Shown in pieces: positions 40,649 through 54,503 of a stretch of 64,000 nt of DNA. This stretch comes from Eledone cirrhosa (Eukaryota): contig OZ024759.1 in assembly GCA_964016885.1 (NCBI GenBank), forward strand, positions 13,020,001 through 13,084,000, read 5' to 3'. How positions within the stretch are numbered: position 1 is the stretch's first letter; each line of letters begins with the position of its first letter. Under the pieces are notes generated by a model, which saw nothing but the letters and a program-made list of their open reading frames with translations, had not been told where the DNA came from and did no database searches. Made by a program: the position numbers and the translations under genes.

Positions 40649-40730
40649 TAAAACATGTCTATAGAATCACAAGATAAAATATATACCATTTTCGTCCTTG
40701 TGATTCTATAGACATGTTTTATGATATATA
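40625..40730. repeat. hairpin in (TA)n, ~35-bp arms
   Basis: TATATCATAAAACATGTCTATAGAATCACAAG / CTTGTGATTCTATAGACATGTTTTATGATATA. Confidence 0.8.
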
Positions 40731-40798
40731 GCTCTGATTATTTAATTTATTAATTTTTCATTGAGCCACAAAGTGACCAGTTGCAAAACACGTATATG

Positions 40799-40831
<33 letters not shown>

Positions 40832-40848
40832 GTATATATATATGTAAA

Positions 40849-40915
<67 letters not shown>

Positions 40916-41206
40916 AGAGTGAAGAATAACATGGTCAACAGTACAAAAAAGGGTTTTATTTACAGTTTTAACAATTGTTTCACTGATTAAGTTGTCTAAA
41001 AATTGCTGAACACTTGAAGCTGTGCCACTTAATTTTAAATACGTTGTTAGCTTAACTCACAAACTTGCCACCTACGGAAACCTCTTGTTGAGTCAAACAA
41101 CGCCATACACTAAAACTATCCACAATACGAAGTGTTCACAGCCTCTAACTGGATTACCTATAATGATACTTTGTTATCCTTTATATATATATATATATAT
41201 ATATTA

Positions 41207-41608
41207 TTACCCAATTACACCTCTCAAAGACAATGACACACGACCGTGACTTCTGGCGTCACGCAGTAATACAGAGTACCCAACCTCCCATGGGTACAAG
41301 CTGAAGCATATAGACAATATGCCCCCACACACCCCACCGCAAGGTTGTCGTGGAGGTGCCACGGCAAAAAAGCACCCAGCCCACACTGTAAAGTGGACGT
41401 GTAGGCGCCACGAAAAAGCACCCAGCACTCACTGTAAATGAGGTTGGTGTTAGGAAGGGCATCCAGCTGTAGAAATCAAGCCAGATCAGTTCCTGTATGA
41501 GCAAGGCATGGTCATCCGACCAGACACTGCCCACAACAGGACAACCCGTCTAACCCATGCTAGCGTGGAAGAACAGACGTAAAACAGTGGTGATGATGAT
41601 GATGATGA

Positions 41609-41610
<2 letters not shown>
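41207..41610 (+). mobile_element. RTE 3' end
   Basis: near-identical to 39433-39841 in the opposite orientation. Confidence 0.85.
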
Positions 41611-41650
<40 letters not shown>

Positions 41651-41812
41651 GAAGTATTTCCGTAGGAAGGGTAAAAGAAAGGAGAGTACTCTAAGTATGC
41701 TACAGAGCTATTTAGTTATGCAATAAACAACATGAGACAATTATTCCATTTACCAAAGGTTTCATGAAGACAGGCGAGCTCAACAGAGACGCCTGAAATC
41801 GCTCATCGCTCA

Positions 41813-41883
41813 TTCATTCTGATGAGCGATTTCAGACATCTCTGTTGAGCTCGCCTGTCTTCGTGAAACCTTTGGTAAATGGA
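41813..41883 (+). ncRNA. type I hammerhead ribozyme motif in fold-back element 41649-41918
   Basis: ttcatt-CTGATGA(41819)-gcga..agac..gtct tcgt-GAAA(41865)-cc ttt gg-TA^aatgga; same flanks as the 13471 family but a different helix II. Confidence 0.75.
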
Positions 41884-41913
41884 ATAATTGTCTCATGTTG
41901 TTTATTGCATAAC

Positions 41914-41964
<51 letters not shown>

Positions 41965-42049
41965 ACGTTATTCCGGGTTGAATCGGAGGTAACCACAGTA
42001 AGTAAGGTACTCAATACATAGCAGAGTATAACAGTTTTAATATAGATGA

Positions 42050-42098
42050 GATTCTACAGGACTAGAACTGTTTCATTCATTAGAAATCATCAGGAATC
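42050..42098 (-). ncRNA. type I hammerhead ribozyme motif (family G)
   Basis: exact mirror of 42100-42148 around T42099. Confidence 0.75.
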
Positions 42099-42099
42099 T

Positions 42100-42148
42100 G
42101 ATTCCTGATGATTTCTAATGAATGAAACAGTTCTAGTCCTGTAGAATC
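42100..42148 (+). ncRNA. type I hammerhead ribozyme motif (family G)
   Basis: gattc-CTGATGA-tttc taat gaat-GAAA-cag ttctagtc ctg-TA^gaatc; predicted GUA cleavage after 42143. Confidence 0.75.
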
Positions 42149-42473
42149 TCATCTATATATATATAATATATATATATATGTATGTGTGTGTATATTTGAG
42201 CATATAAATATATATATGTGTGTTTGAGTACATATTTGTGTATGTATATGAGAGTATATATCTGTGTTTGTGTGTGTGTGTGTGTGTGTATGTTTATATT
42301 ATTGAGCTCAGCTCTCACAACCTCTGCCCAGATCTTTCTTGTAGCTCCTTACAGCGGCTTCTTTCTCCTGAGATTTCCTGGCATTTCTTCACCCATCGGT
42401 CATTGTCCATGTTCATCACATGTCCATACCAATGTAGTCTTCTTTTCTGCGCGCTACCTCAAATTCCTTTTAA

Positions 42474-42691
42474 CCCTTTATCATTTACATTAATCTATAT
42501 ATACTATTGTATTTTCATGGTGAAAGCTTTACCTCACATAATGATCTCACATAATATCGAATCTATGAGATTTTGATATTTATTTTGAGAACAATATCTC
42601 CACATCAGTATGAGTGACCAGTTACAGCCGGTTTGAACAGAAAGAGGTGAGAGAATCTTGGCCGGATATGGCTGGTTTAAATGCTAAAGGG
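42474..42691. mobile_element. piggyBac-type MITE
   Basis: TTAA on both sides; TIR CCCTTTA(G/T)CATTTA. Confidence 0.85.
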
Positions 42692-42802
42692 TTAACCTCA
42701 GTTCATCTAAGCTCTGCTTTTCCATTGCACATCCAACGGAGCGTGGCTGCTTCATTTCTTTCCACTTTATGAATGTCTTCTGCAGTCACTGCTCGTGTTT
42801 CA

Positions 42803-45305
42803 TAATAATAATAATGAAATTATTGTGAACAGTGCTCAGGTGCACTACAACTCATCAATGGTGCATGTATAGTACATAGAATAATGTACAAATGTCAGGA
42901 AAGTGAACAGTGTATGAGTCATGATATACATGTGTGTATGTGTATGGAGGGGCGATATCAGGTGTAGTGTTGGCGAATCTCAGGAAGCATGGAGGTTTTA
43001 AAGGATGCAGTGTCTCGACAGCTAATAACTGATGCAGGTAGTTTGTTCCATGGAGGTTTTAAAGGATGCAGTGTCTCGACAGCTAATAACTGATGCAGGT
43101 AGTTTGTTCCATGGAGGTTTTAAAGGATGCAGTGTCTCGACAGCTAATAACTGATGCAGGTAGTTTGTTCCATGGAGGTTTTAAAGGATGCAGTGTCTCG
43201 ACAGCTAATAACTGATGCAGGTAGTTTGTTCCATGGAGGTTTTAAAGGATGCAGTGTCTCGACAGCTAATAACTGATGCAGGGAGTTTGTTCCATGGAGG
43301 TTTTAAAGGATGCAGTGTCTTGACAGCTAACAACTGATGCAGGGAGTTTGTTCCATGGAGGTTTTAAAGGATGCAGTGTCTCGACAGCTAACAACTGATG
43401 CAGGTAGTTTGTTCCATGGAGGTTTTAAAGGATGCAGTGTCTTGACAGCTAACAACTGATGCAGGGAGTTTGTTCCATGGAGGTTTTAAAGGATGCAGTG
43501 TCTTGACAGCTAACAACTGATGCAGGGAGTTTGTTCCATGGAGGTTTTAAAGGATGCAGTGTCTCGACAGCTAACAACTGATGCAGGTAGTTTGTTCCAT
43601 GGAGGTTTTAAAGGATGCAGTGTCTCGACAGCTAATAACTGATGCAGGTAGTTTGTTCCATGGAGGTTTTAAAGGATGCAGTGTCTCGACAGCTAACAAC
43701 TGATACAGGTAGTTTGTTCCATGGAGGTTTTAAAGGATGCAGTGTCTCGACAGCTAACAACTGATGCAGGGAGTTTGTTCCATGGAGGTTTTAAAGGATG
43801 CAGTGTCTCGACAGCTAACAACTGATGCAGGTAGTTTGTTCCATGGAGGTTTTAAAGGATGCAGTGTCTCGACAGCTAACAACTGATGCAGGTAGTTTGT
43901 TCCATGGAGGTTTTAAAGGATGCAGTGTCTCGACAGCTAATAACTGATACAGGTAGTTTGTTCCATGGAGGTTTTAAAGGATGCAGTGTCTTGACAGCTA
44001 ACAACTGATGCAGGGAGTTTGTTCCATGGAGGTTTTAAAGGATGCAGTGTCTCGACAGCTAACAACTGATGCAGGTAGTTTGTTCCATGGAGGTTTTAAA
44101 GGATGCAGTGTCTTGACAGCTAACAACTGATGCAGGGAGTTTGTTCCATGGAGGTTTTAAAGGATGCAGTGTCTTGACAGCTAACAACTGATGCAGGGAG
44201 TTTGTTCCATGGAGGTTTTAAAGGATGCAGTGTCTCAACAGCTAACAACTGATGCAGGTAGTTTGTTCCATGGAGGTTTTAAAGGATGCAGTGTCTCGAC
44301 AGCTAACAACTGATGCAGGTAGTTTGTTCCATGGAGGTTTTAAAGGATGCAGTGTCTCGACAGCTAACAACTGATGCAGGTAGTTTGTTCCATGGAGGTT
44401 TTAAAGGATGCAGTGTCTCGACAGCTAACAACTGATGCAGGGAGTTTGTTCCATGGAGGTTTTAAAGGATGCAGTGTCTTGACAGCTAACAACTGATGCA
44501 GGGAGTTTGTTCCATGGAGGTTTTAAAGGATGCAGTGTCTCGACAGCTAACAACTGATGCAGGTAGTTTGTTCCATGGAGGTTTTAAAGGATGCAGTGTC
44601 TCGACAGCTAATAACTGATGCAGGTAGTTTGTTCCATGGAGGTTTTAAAGGATGCAGTGTCTCGACAGCTAACAACTGATACAGGTAGTTTGTTCCATGG
44701 AGGTTTTAAAGGATGCAGTGTCTTGACAGCTAACAACTGATGCAGGGAGTTTGTTCCATGGAGGTTTTAAAGGATGCAGTGTCCTGACAGCTAACAACTG
44801 ATGCAGGTAGTTTGTTCCATGCTGCAGCAACTCTGAGCGTGAAGAAATGTTTCCGAAAGTCATGGGAACTGTGCTGTTTTCTGACTTTGTAGGCATGTCC
44901 ACGTGTGTGGAAATCAAAAAGGTACTCAGGGTTGTTGTTGGCAAGATGGTTAATAATTTTGTGGGTGTTTACCAAGTCAGTTGCCAGGTGTCGGAGCTTC
45001 AATGTATCCATGCCCAGGGAAGTAAGGTGCTCAGAGTATGGTAGATGCCTGATGGAGGGTATTCGCTTGGTTGCACGTCTCTGAACAGTTTCCATGCGGT
45101 CAATGTTCTGAGCAAGATAGGGGTTCCAGACTGGTGATGCAAATTCTAAGTATGGCTGCACCATAGCCATGTACAGCCTTAAATAGATATCTGGAGAGCG
45201 GCTGACAAAGGTCTTGCTGGGTGATGCTAAGACACCCTCGGCCCTCTTGACAATTTTAGAGATGTGCTTTGTCCAACGCAAATCGCTGCTGACCGTAATG
45301 CCCGG
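42803..45305 (-). pseudogene. CR1 LINE 3' fragment containing a 61-bp tandem array
   Basis: ORF 44730-45281 nearly identical to 7509-8219; 3' UTR at 42803-42987. Confidence 0.9.
42988..44821. repeat. 61-bp minisatellite, ~30 copies, from CR1 ORF2
   Basis: CATGGAGGTTTTAAAGGATGCAGTGTCTCGACAGCTAACAACTGATGCAGGTAGTTTGTTC; CATG at 42988, 43049...; single copy at 7539-7603. Confidence 0.95.
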
Positions 45306-45377
45306 GTCTAGTTCTTGCTACCATACAGTAGCACACTTCACACATTGGCATCTTACAGTCATCACTATTATTATTAT

Positions 45378-45940
45378 GTGTGGGGCAAGGGGGGAGAGTA
45401 CTCCGAGGCCATAGTATCTAGAATAAGGACAGGCTGGAAGAAGTTTAGGGAGCTGCTTCCTCTGTTGATAAAGAAGGGTTTTTCCCTACGAACGAAAGGC
45501 CTGTTATATGATGCCAGTGTGAGATGGGAGACATGGGTAGCAACTGCAGAGGATATGCGATGGCTGGAGAGAAATGAAGCAAGCATGTTCCATTGGATGT
45601 GCAATGTCAATGTGCATGAACGACTAAGTATAGACAAGTTGAGAGAGAAACTGTGTATAAGAGGGATAAGTTGTAGTGTGCAGAAGAGAAGACTGCGATG
45701 GTATGGACATGTGATGCGCATGGAGGATGATCGCTGGGTAAAGAAGTGCCAAGAAATCCCAGTGGAAGAAAGATGCAGTAGAGGAAGACCACGAAAATGA
45801 GAGCTGACCTCAGATTGCTGAAGCACACGGAGGAAATTACGAAGGGCCATGACGAGTGGAGAGATGCTCTGCTGAATAGGATCCATCCCACCCTTGCAAG
45901 CAGGGAAAAGCGGACGTAAAATGATCATGATGATGATGAT
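45378..45940 (+). pseudogene. RTE LINE 3' fragment
   Basis: RIRTGWKKFRELLPLL..KGLLYDASV..RRLRWYGHVMR..RGRPRK; (GAT)n tail; relatives at 42305-42465 and 54240-54503 (minus). Confidence 0.9.
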
Positions 45941-46012
45941 CTAGAGCGTGGTTGAGTTAGACAGCAACCACACTGCTTGTAACATCAACACCCAGCTGAT
46001 TGACAGCATTAA

Positions 46013-46274
46013 CCCTTTAGCATTTACATTACTCTATATATACTATTGTATTGTCACAGTAAAGGCTTTACTTCACATAATATCTCACATAACATTTACA
46101 TTACTCTATATATACTATTGTATTTTCACATAATATCGAATCTATAAGATTTTGATATTATTTATTTTGAGAACAATACCTTAACATCAGTATGAGTGGC
46201 TGGTTATAGCTGGTTTGAGCAGAAAGAGGTGAGAGAATTCTGGTCGGATATGGCTCGTTTAAATGCTAACGGCT
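46013..46274. mobile_element. piggyBac-type MITE with internal duplication
   Basis: TTAA-CCCTTTAGCATTTA; same family as 42474. Confidence 0.8.
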
Positions 46275-46529
46275 TTAAGAAAACTGTCAAATTTAGCCCG
46301 AACACCCTGTATATATATCAACACCCTGCTTACCTTAGTACTTGACTGTTATTTTGTATTTTAGTGACCCTGGAATGATGAAAGACAAAATTTAAATTCA
46401 CTAACTTTTGGTTTGAATTCAATATTTTAGTTATTTCTACACCTTCACTGAACTGATTAAGCTTGCACTCTGTTCCACTCCACCTTCACTCAACTGATTA
46501 AGCCTTCACTATGTTGACACACACATATA

Positions 46530-47634
46530 CCATCATCATCATGATCATCATGATCATCATTATCATCATCATGATCATCATCATCACCATTACCACCACC
46601 ACCACCACCATCACCACCACCAGCGTCATCATCATCATCACCATCACCATCACAACTACCACCTCCACCACCACCACCACCACCACCACCACCACCATCA
46701 TCATCACCATTACCACCACCACCACCATCATCATCATCACCACCATCTCCACCACCACCACCACCACCACCACCACCATTACCACCACCATCACCACCAC
46801 CATCACCACCACCACCACAACCACCACCACCACCACCACCACCACCACCACCATCATCATCACCATTACCATCTCCACCACCACCATCACCACAAACCAC
46901 CATCACCACCACCACCACCACCACCACCATCTCCACCACCACCACCACCACCACCACCACCATTACCACCACCATCACCACCACCACCACCATCACCACC
47001 ACCACCACCACCACCACCACCACCACCACCACCACCACCACCATCATCATCACCACCATCTCCACCACCACCACCACCGCCACCACCACCACCACCACCA
47101 CTACACCACCACCACCACTCTACTACCACCACCACCACCACCACCACCACCACCACCACCATCATCATCACCACCATCTCCACCACCACCACCACCACCA
47201 CCACCATCATCATCACCATTACCACCACCATCACCACCACCACCACCACCACCACCACCATCATCATCACCATTACCACCACCACCACCACCATCACCAC
47301 AGACCACCATCACCACCACCACCACCACCACCACCACCACCACCACCACCATCATCATCACCACCATCTCCACCACCACCACCACCGCCACCACCACCAC
47401 CACCACCACTACACCACCACCACCACTCTACTACCACCACCACCACCACCACCACCACCACCATCATCATCACCACCATCTCCACCACCACCACCACCAC
47501 CACCACCACCATCATCATCACCATTACCACCACCACCACCACCACCACCACCACCACCATCATCATCACCATTACCACCACCACCACCACCATCACCACA
47601 GACCACCATCACCACCACCACCACCACCACCACC

Positions 47635-47665
<31 letters not shown>
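46530..47665. repeat. (CAC/CAT)n array
   Basis: direct reading. Confidence 0.9.
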
Positions 47666-47699
47666 GTTAATGTCCAATTTCAGTGCTAGCAATAAAAAT

Positions 47700-48086
47700 A
47701 ATGGTTTCTGATTTAGGCACAAGGCCAAGAATTGGGGCCAGGGGGAGGGGGAAAGTCTATTAAATCGACTCCAGTGCATTACTGGTACACTTTATTTTAT
47801 TGACACCTGTAAAGATGAAAGGCAAAGTTAACCTCGGTGGGATTTGAACGCAGACCGTAAAGGGCCGTAACTCTATGCTGCATAGCATGGCGTCCGACCC
47901 TCTAGCCTGATTTAGACACAAAGCCAACAATTTGGGGGAGGGAAAAGTCGATTAAACCAACCCCAGTGCATGACTGGTACTTTATTTTATCAACCCCGTA
48001 AGGATGAAAGGCAAAGCTAACCTCGGCGGGATTTGAACTCAGACCGTAAAGGGACGTAACTCTTTGCTGTGAGGCATGGCGTCTGA
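47700..48086 (-). mobile_element. two tandem family B SINEs
   Basis: two copies of GATGAAAGGCAAAG..AACCTCGG.GGGATTTGAAC. Confidence 0.8.
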
Positions 48087-48126
48087 CAAGGGTTAACATC
48101 AAGAAAAACATTAAAGACAGTACAGT

Positions 48127-48850
48127 ATGGCAAAGATGATGATGATGATGATAGTGGTGGTGGTGATGATGATGATGGCTATGATAGTGATGATGGTGGT
48201 GCTGGTGTTGGTGGTGATGATGGTGATGGTGATGATGTTGGTGGTGGTGGTGGTGGTGTTGGTGGTGGTGATGATGGTGATGGTGGTGAGGGTGTTGGTG
48301 GTAATGGTGTTGGTGGTGATGGTGGTGGTGATGGTGATGGTGGTGATGGTGATGATGTTGGTGGTGATGGTGATGGTGAGGGTGTTGGTGGTGCTGGTGA
48401 TGGTGGTGAGGGTGTTGGTGTTGATGATGAGGGTGTTGGTGGTGATGGTGATGGTGGTGGTGGTGATGGTGGTGGTGGTGATGGTGGTGATAATGGTGAT
48501 GGTGGTGGTGGTGATGGTGAGGGTGTTGGTGGTGCTGGTGATGGTGGTGGTGGTGATGGTGGTGGTGGTGATGGTGATGGTGGTGATGGTGGTGATGGTG
48601 ATGGTGATGGTGAGGGTGTTGGTGGTGCTGGTGATGGTGATGGTGGCGATGGTGATGGTGGTGGTGATGGTGATGGTGATGGTGATGGTGGTGATGATGA
48701 GGGTGTTGGTGGTGATGGTGATGGTGATGGTGGTGCTGGTGGTGATGATGGTGGTGATGGTGGTGCTGGTGATGGTGATGGTGGTGATGGTGGTGATGGT
48801 GGTGATGGTGGTGGTGATGGTGGTGATGAAGCTATTCGGTGATGATGATG

Positions 48851-48884
<34 letters not shown>

Positions 48885-48900
48885 TGATGATGATGATGAA
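48127..48900. repeat. (GGT/GAT)n array
   Basis: direct reading. Confidence 0.9.
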
Positions 48901-49029
48901 TGAATGAAAGAAATATAGAGTAAAATAAAAATGTGTTGAATAATTGTGTTAAATGATCTGGCAGAGAGTCAAGCTGTTCTCACACCCTGTGGTAGCAACT
49001 TACTCCATCTATTTGAGAAGAAGTGCAAT

Positions 49030-50210
<1,181 letters not shown>

Positions 50211-50427
50211 CATAAAAATGAACTATTGATTTCTGTTTGGCACAAAGCCACAACTTTTGTAACAGACTGTTAGGCCATTAAATTGACCCAAGTAAATTAC
50301 TGGTATCTTCTGTTTACACTTCTAAAAGAAAGAACAACAAAATTGGCCTAGAAAACATTTGAATAGGGAAAGTGGAGGAATTTAGCCAAACACCACAAGG
50401 CATTTTCATCCCTCCATGTTGATACAT

Positions 50428-50705
50428 GTGGAGGCACGTGGCCTAGTGGTAAAGGTGTTGGACTCACGATCATAATGTCGTGGGTTTGATTCCTGGGTTG
50501 CGTGTTCTGTTCTTGAGCAAAACACTTCATTTCACGTTGCTCCAGTATACTCAGCTGAAAATGAGTACCAGCAATAGCTGGGGTTTAACCCTGTGATGGA
50601 CCGGTGTCCTGTCCAGGGAGCAGTCTTGTACTCTTAGTCGCTTCACGCCATGAAACCAGGATAAGTATCGGCCAAATGAGCCTTCTGGCTTAAGACAGAC
50701 TTCAG
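50428..50705 (+). mobile_element. tRNA/CORE-like SINE
   Basis: TGGCCTAGTGG A-box, GGTTTGATTCC B-box, TTCTTGAGCAAAACACTT. Confidence 0.7.
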
Positions 50706-50841
50706 ACTTTTTAGATGTTGACACATAGAGAACTGTAAATATGCTGGAGCACATTTAACCCCTTTTGCTATGGCCCCAACCAAAACTGAGTCTGGTTCAA
50801 TGAAACAGAGATACCTCTTTCAAAGGGTTCCTGTCATTTAA

Positions 50842-51061
50842 CCCTTTAACATTTACATTACTCTATATTTACTATTGTATTTTTGTGGTAAAGGTTTTAC
50901 ATTACATAATATCTCACATAATATCAAATCTATGAGATTTTGATGTTATTTATTTTGAGAACAATACCTTAACATCAGTATGAGTGGCCGGTTACAGCTA
51001 GTTTGAACAGAAAGAGGTGAGAGAATTCTGGCCGGATATGACTGGTCTAAATGCTAAAGGG
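50842..51061. mobile_element. piggyBac-type MITE
   Basis: TTAA flanks and CCCTTTA/TAAAGGG TIRs. Confidence 0.85.
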
Positions 51062-51328
51062 TTAAACCCTGTCAGGTGATAGTATCAACAATGGAAAGAC
51101 CAAAGGAAACATTGTTTCCTTGGTCCAGTTTGATGAGTTCCAGCCCCACTCGGTAAGTGTAAGGGATCATTACTTTTGTTGATATGCCTGAGTCACTGCC
51201 TCCATCTCTCTCACTCTCCCCACCTCTCACTATTATAAGAAAATGGGGGCCCTGGCGGGCAGAATAGAGAAGGCATTTCCCTGGAGGAAGGTGAAAGAAA
51301 CACATTGGAAGAGTCATTCCAGCTTGCG

Positions 51329-52185
51329 ACTCTCACACCTGCAGGTAGCTAACTCAGTGCCAATGGGGGTGAGTAGGGAGGTGGTCCTAGGGCCAAGGAC
51401 ACCAGAAGTCTCACACCTGCGGGTAGCCAACTCAGTGCCAGTGGGGGTGAGTAGGGAGGTGGTCCTGGGGCCAAGGACACCAGAAGTCTCACACCTGCGG
51501 GTAGCCAACTCAGTGCCAGTGGGGGTGAGTAGGGAGGTGGTCCTGGGGCCAAGGACACCAGAAGTCTCACACCTGCGGGTAGCCAACTCAGTGCCAGTGG
51601 GGGTGAGTAGGGAGGTGGTCCTGGGGCCAAGGACACCAGAAGTCTCACACCTGCGGGTAGCCAACTCAGTGCCAGTGGGGGTGAGTAGGGAGGTGGTCCT
51701 GGGGCCAAGGACACCAGAAGTCTCACACCTGCGGGTAGCCAACTCAGTGCCAGTGGGGGTGAGTAGGGAGGTGGTCCTGGGGCCAAGGACACCAGAAGTC
51801 TCACACCTGCGGGTAGCCAACTCAGTGCCAGTGGTGGTGAGTAGGGAGGTGGTCCTGGGGCCAAGGACACCAGAAGTCTCACACCTGCGGGTAGCCAACT
51901 CAGTGCCAGTGGTGGTGAGTAGGGAGGTGGTCCTGGGGCCAAGGACACCAGAAGTCTCACACCTGCAGGTAGCTAACTCAGTGCCAGTGGTGGTGAGTAG
52001 GGAGGTGGTCCTGGGGCCAAGGACACCAGAAGTCTCACACCTGCGGGTAGCCAACTCAGTGCCAGTGGGGGTGAGTAGGGAGGTGGACCTAGGGCCAAGG
52101 ACACGAAAACTCTCACATCTGCGCGTAGCCAACTCAGTGTCAATTGGGGTGAGTAGGGAGGTGGACCTAGAGCCAAGGACACCAG
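51329..52185. repeat. 78-bp minisatellite, ~11 copies
   Basis: 26-codon periodicity in ORF 51243; unit homologous to 1-452. Confidence 0.95.
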
Positions 52186-52899
52186 CAGTAATGTACTGGG
52201 GTCGATTTAATCGACTTACCCCTCCCCCAAATTACTGGCCTTGTGCCTATATAAGAAACAATTATTATTATTGTTATTTTCTTGGAGTCTCAGTCATTTG
52301 TGTTATTTAACTGGAAAGTTTGTCCAAATGAACATCAAGCCGTTACCTGCAGCCTCAGATATTCAGGACGTTTCAGAGGGTTCTTGCTGTTCCCAGCAAT
52401 CATACCTTTTGAAGTGTTCCAAAAAAGGGGGCTGGACTAAATGTTCTTTAACCATCATTAAAAACTCTTCGAGGTAGTACCTAGTGCTCCTATGACAATT
52501 GAGATGACGAGTTCAAATGCCACCAAAGTTAACTTTGCCTTTCATCCTTACTGGGTCGATAAAATAAAGTACCAGTCATGCACTGGGGTTGATTTAATTG
52601 ACTTTCCCCTCTGCTAACATTGCTGGCCTTGTGCCTAAATCAGAAACCAATGTTATTATTATTGTTGTTTTATTGTATGCAGTGTTAGCTGTGAAGAGGC
52701 CCTCTTGAGTATTATCTGTTTAAAATATTTTATCACCCTATCATTGTAAATTACCACAGTTTATATTCACACCTCAGCAGTCTACCATCACTACAATCAA
52801 TTGTAAGTAAGTCACTCTAAATAATTTCACCGTCATTGATTTTACATTCACTTCTCTCCTGGTTGGTATGGGTTGGACAAAATGTCAGGTTTTTTTTAA

Positions 52900-53192
52900 C
52901 CCTTTAGCATTTCCATTACTCTATATATACTATTGTATTTTTGTGGTAAAGGCTTTACCTCACATAATATCTCACATAACATTTACATTACTCTATATAT
53001 ACTATTGTATTTTTGTGGTAAAGGCTTTACCTCACATAATTATCTCACAAATTATCAAATCTATACGATTTTGATATTATTTGGTTTGAGAACAATACCT
53101 TAACATTAGTATGTGTGGCCAGTTATGGCTGGTTTAAACAGAAAGAAGTGAGAGAATTCTGACCGGATACAGCTAGTTTAAATGCTAAAAGG
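52900..53192. mobile_element. piggyBac-type MITE with internal duplication
   Basis: TTAA flanks; shares its downstream flank with the 46013 copy. Confidence 0.8.
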
Positions 53193-53467
53193 TTAAGAAA
53201 ACTGTCAAATTTAGCCTGAACATCCTGTGTATATATATCAACACCCCGCTTATCTTAGTACTTGACTGTTACTTTATATTTTAGTGACCCTGGAATGATG
53301 AAAGCCAAATTTAAATTCACTAACTTTTGGTTTGAATTCAATGGTTCAGTTATTTCAACAATATATTAAATATTTAGTTTCCTATGAGATTGGCAGTGTG
53401 CAACAACTCCGAGGGTTAGGATTTTTATCTTCAATTCTCTCATTGAGTAATCTGAGAGCTGCATGAT

Positions 53468-53547
<80 letters not shown>

Positions 53548-53745
53548 ATAATAATACATTTGAAGACTAAAATCCAAAGAGAGCTCGATAAGGAAAATAT
53601 ATAGAAAATATATAAGAACCGTAGAGCAAATATTTATTAAAATAACAGATTAAAGTTTAAGCAAAGAATCACTGCTTTCACCCTTAACGGGATCTTCTGA
53701 AACTAACAAAGTCATCTCTTTTTTTACTTTGAGATTGACTTTGTT

Positions 53746-53796
53746 AGTTTCAGAAGATCCCGTTAAGGGTGAAAGCAGCGATTCTTTGCTTAAACT
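53746..53796 (+). ncRNA. hammerhead-like motif with CAGAAGA core variant (mirror copy at 53654-53704, minus)
   Basis: agttt-CAGAAGA-t ccc gttaa ggg t-GAAA-gca gcgattctt tgc-TT^aaact, within palindrome 53631-53818. Confidence 0.6.
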
Positions 53797-53929
53797 TTAA
53801 TCTGTTATTTTAATAAATAAATATATATATATATATATAAATACATACCGACCCACTTCACTACTGGATAGACGTACATGGCCACCGGCATATCTCAATG
53901 ATTGTATAACTGCACCTATGACTGCGTAA

Positions 53930-53980
53930 GCACCTGATGAAGTCACATGAATAACCATGTAACAGAAATATATATAATGC
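53930..53980 (+). ncRNA. type I hammerhead ribozyme motif
   Basis: gcac-CTGATGA-agtcacatg aataac catgtaaca-GAAA-T atat A-TA^atgc; one helix I mismatch; AATAAA follows. Confidence 0.55.
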
Positions 53981-54503
53981 AATAAACAATTATGGTGATT
54001 TAATCCAGTCTAAAATATTCGAGGTTAACTTTGCCTTTCATCCTTACGGGGTCGATAAAATAAAGTACCAGTAATGTACTGGGTAATTGCCGGCCTTGTG
54101 CCAAAACTAGAAACAGTTATTTGATAAATGAAATCTCCATGACTCAATATCACCTACCTGGGATAAACTTCTGACGTGTAGTGCTTTGGATCTCTAGGAC
54201 CTGCTTACGTAGCAACTAAGATAAACAACTCTTCTATAACTCATCATCATCATTTTACGTCTGCTTTTCCCTGCTTGCAAGGGTTGGACGGCTCCTTTTC
54301 AGCACAGCATCTCTCCATTTGTCACGGTCCTTCGTCATCTCCTCCATATTTTTCGGGGTCTTCTTCTACTGCGTCTTCCTTCTACTGGCATTTCTTTACC
54401 CAGCAGTCATCCTCCATGCACATCACATGTCCATACCAACGCAGTCTTCTCTCCCACACACTACAACTTATCCCTGTTATACACAGTTTCTCTCTCAACT
54501 CAT

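Noticed and set aside
51078-51140. GAAA-hairpin-TGATGA resembling a permuted hammerhead (also 34895-34970, minus)
   Set aside because: No U follows helix III, there is no helix I, and the core C is missing in both copies; treated as a dispersed repeat with a palindrome.
51243-52310. 355-aa ORF with 26-aa repeats
   Set aside because: The 78-bp unit is open in several frames on both strands, and the homologous array at 1-452 has a 79-bp unit that breaks frame.
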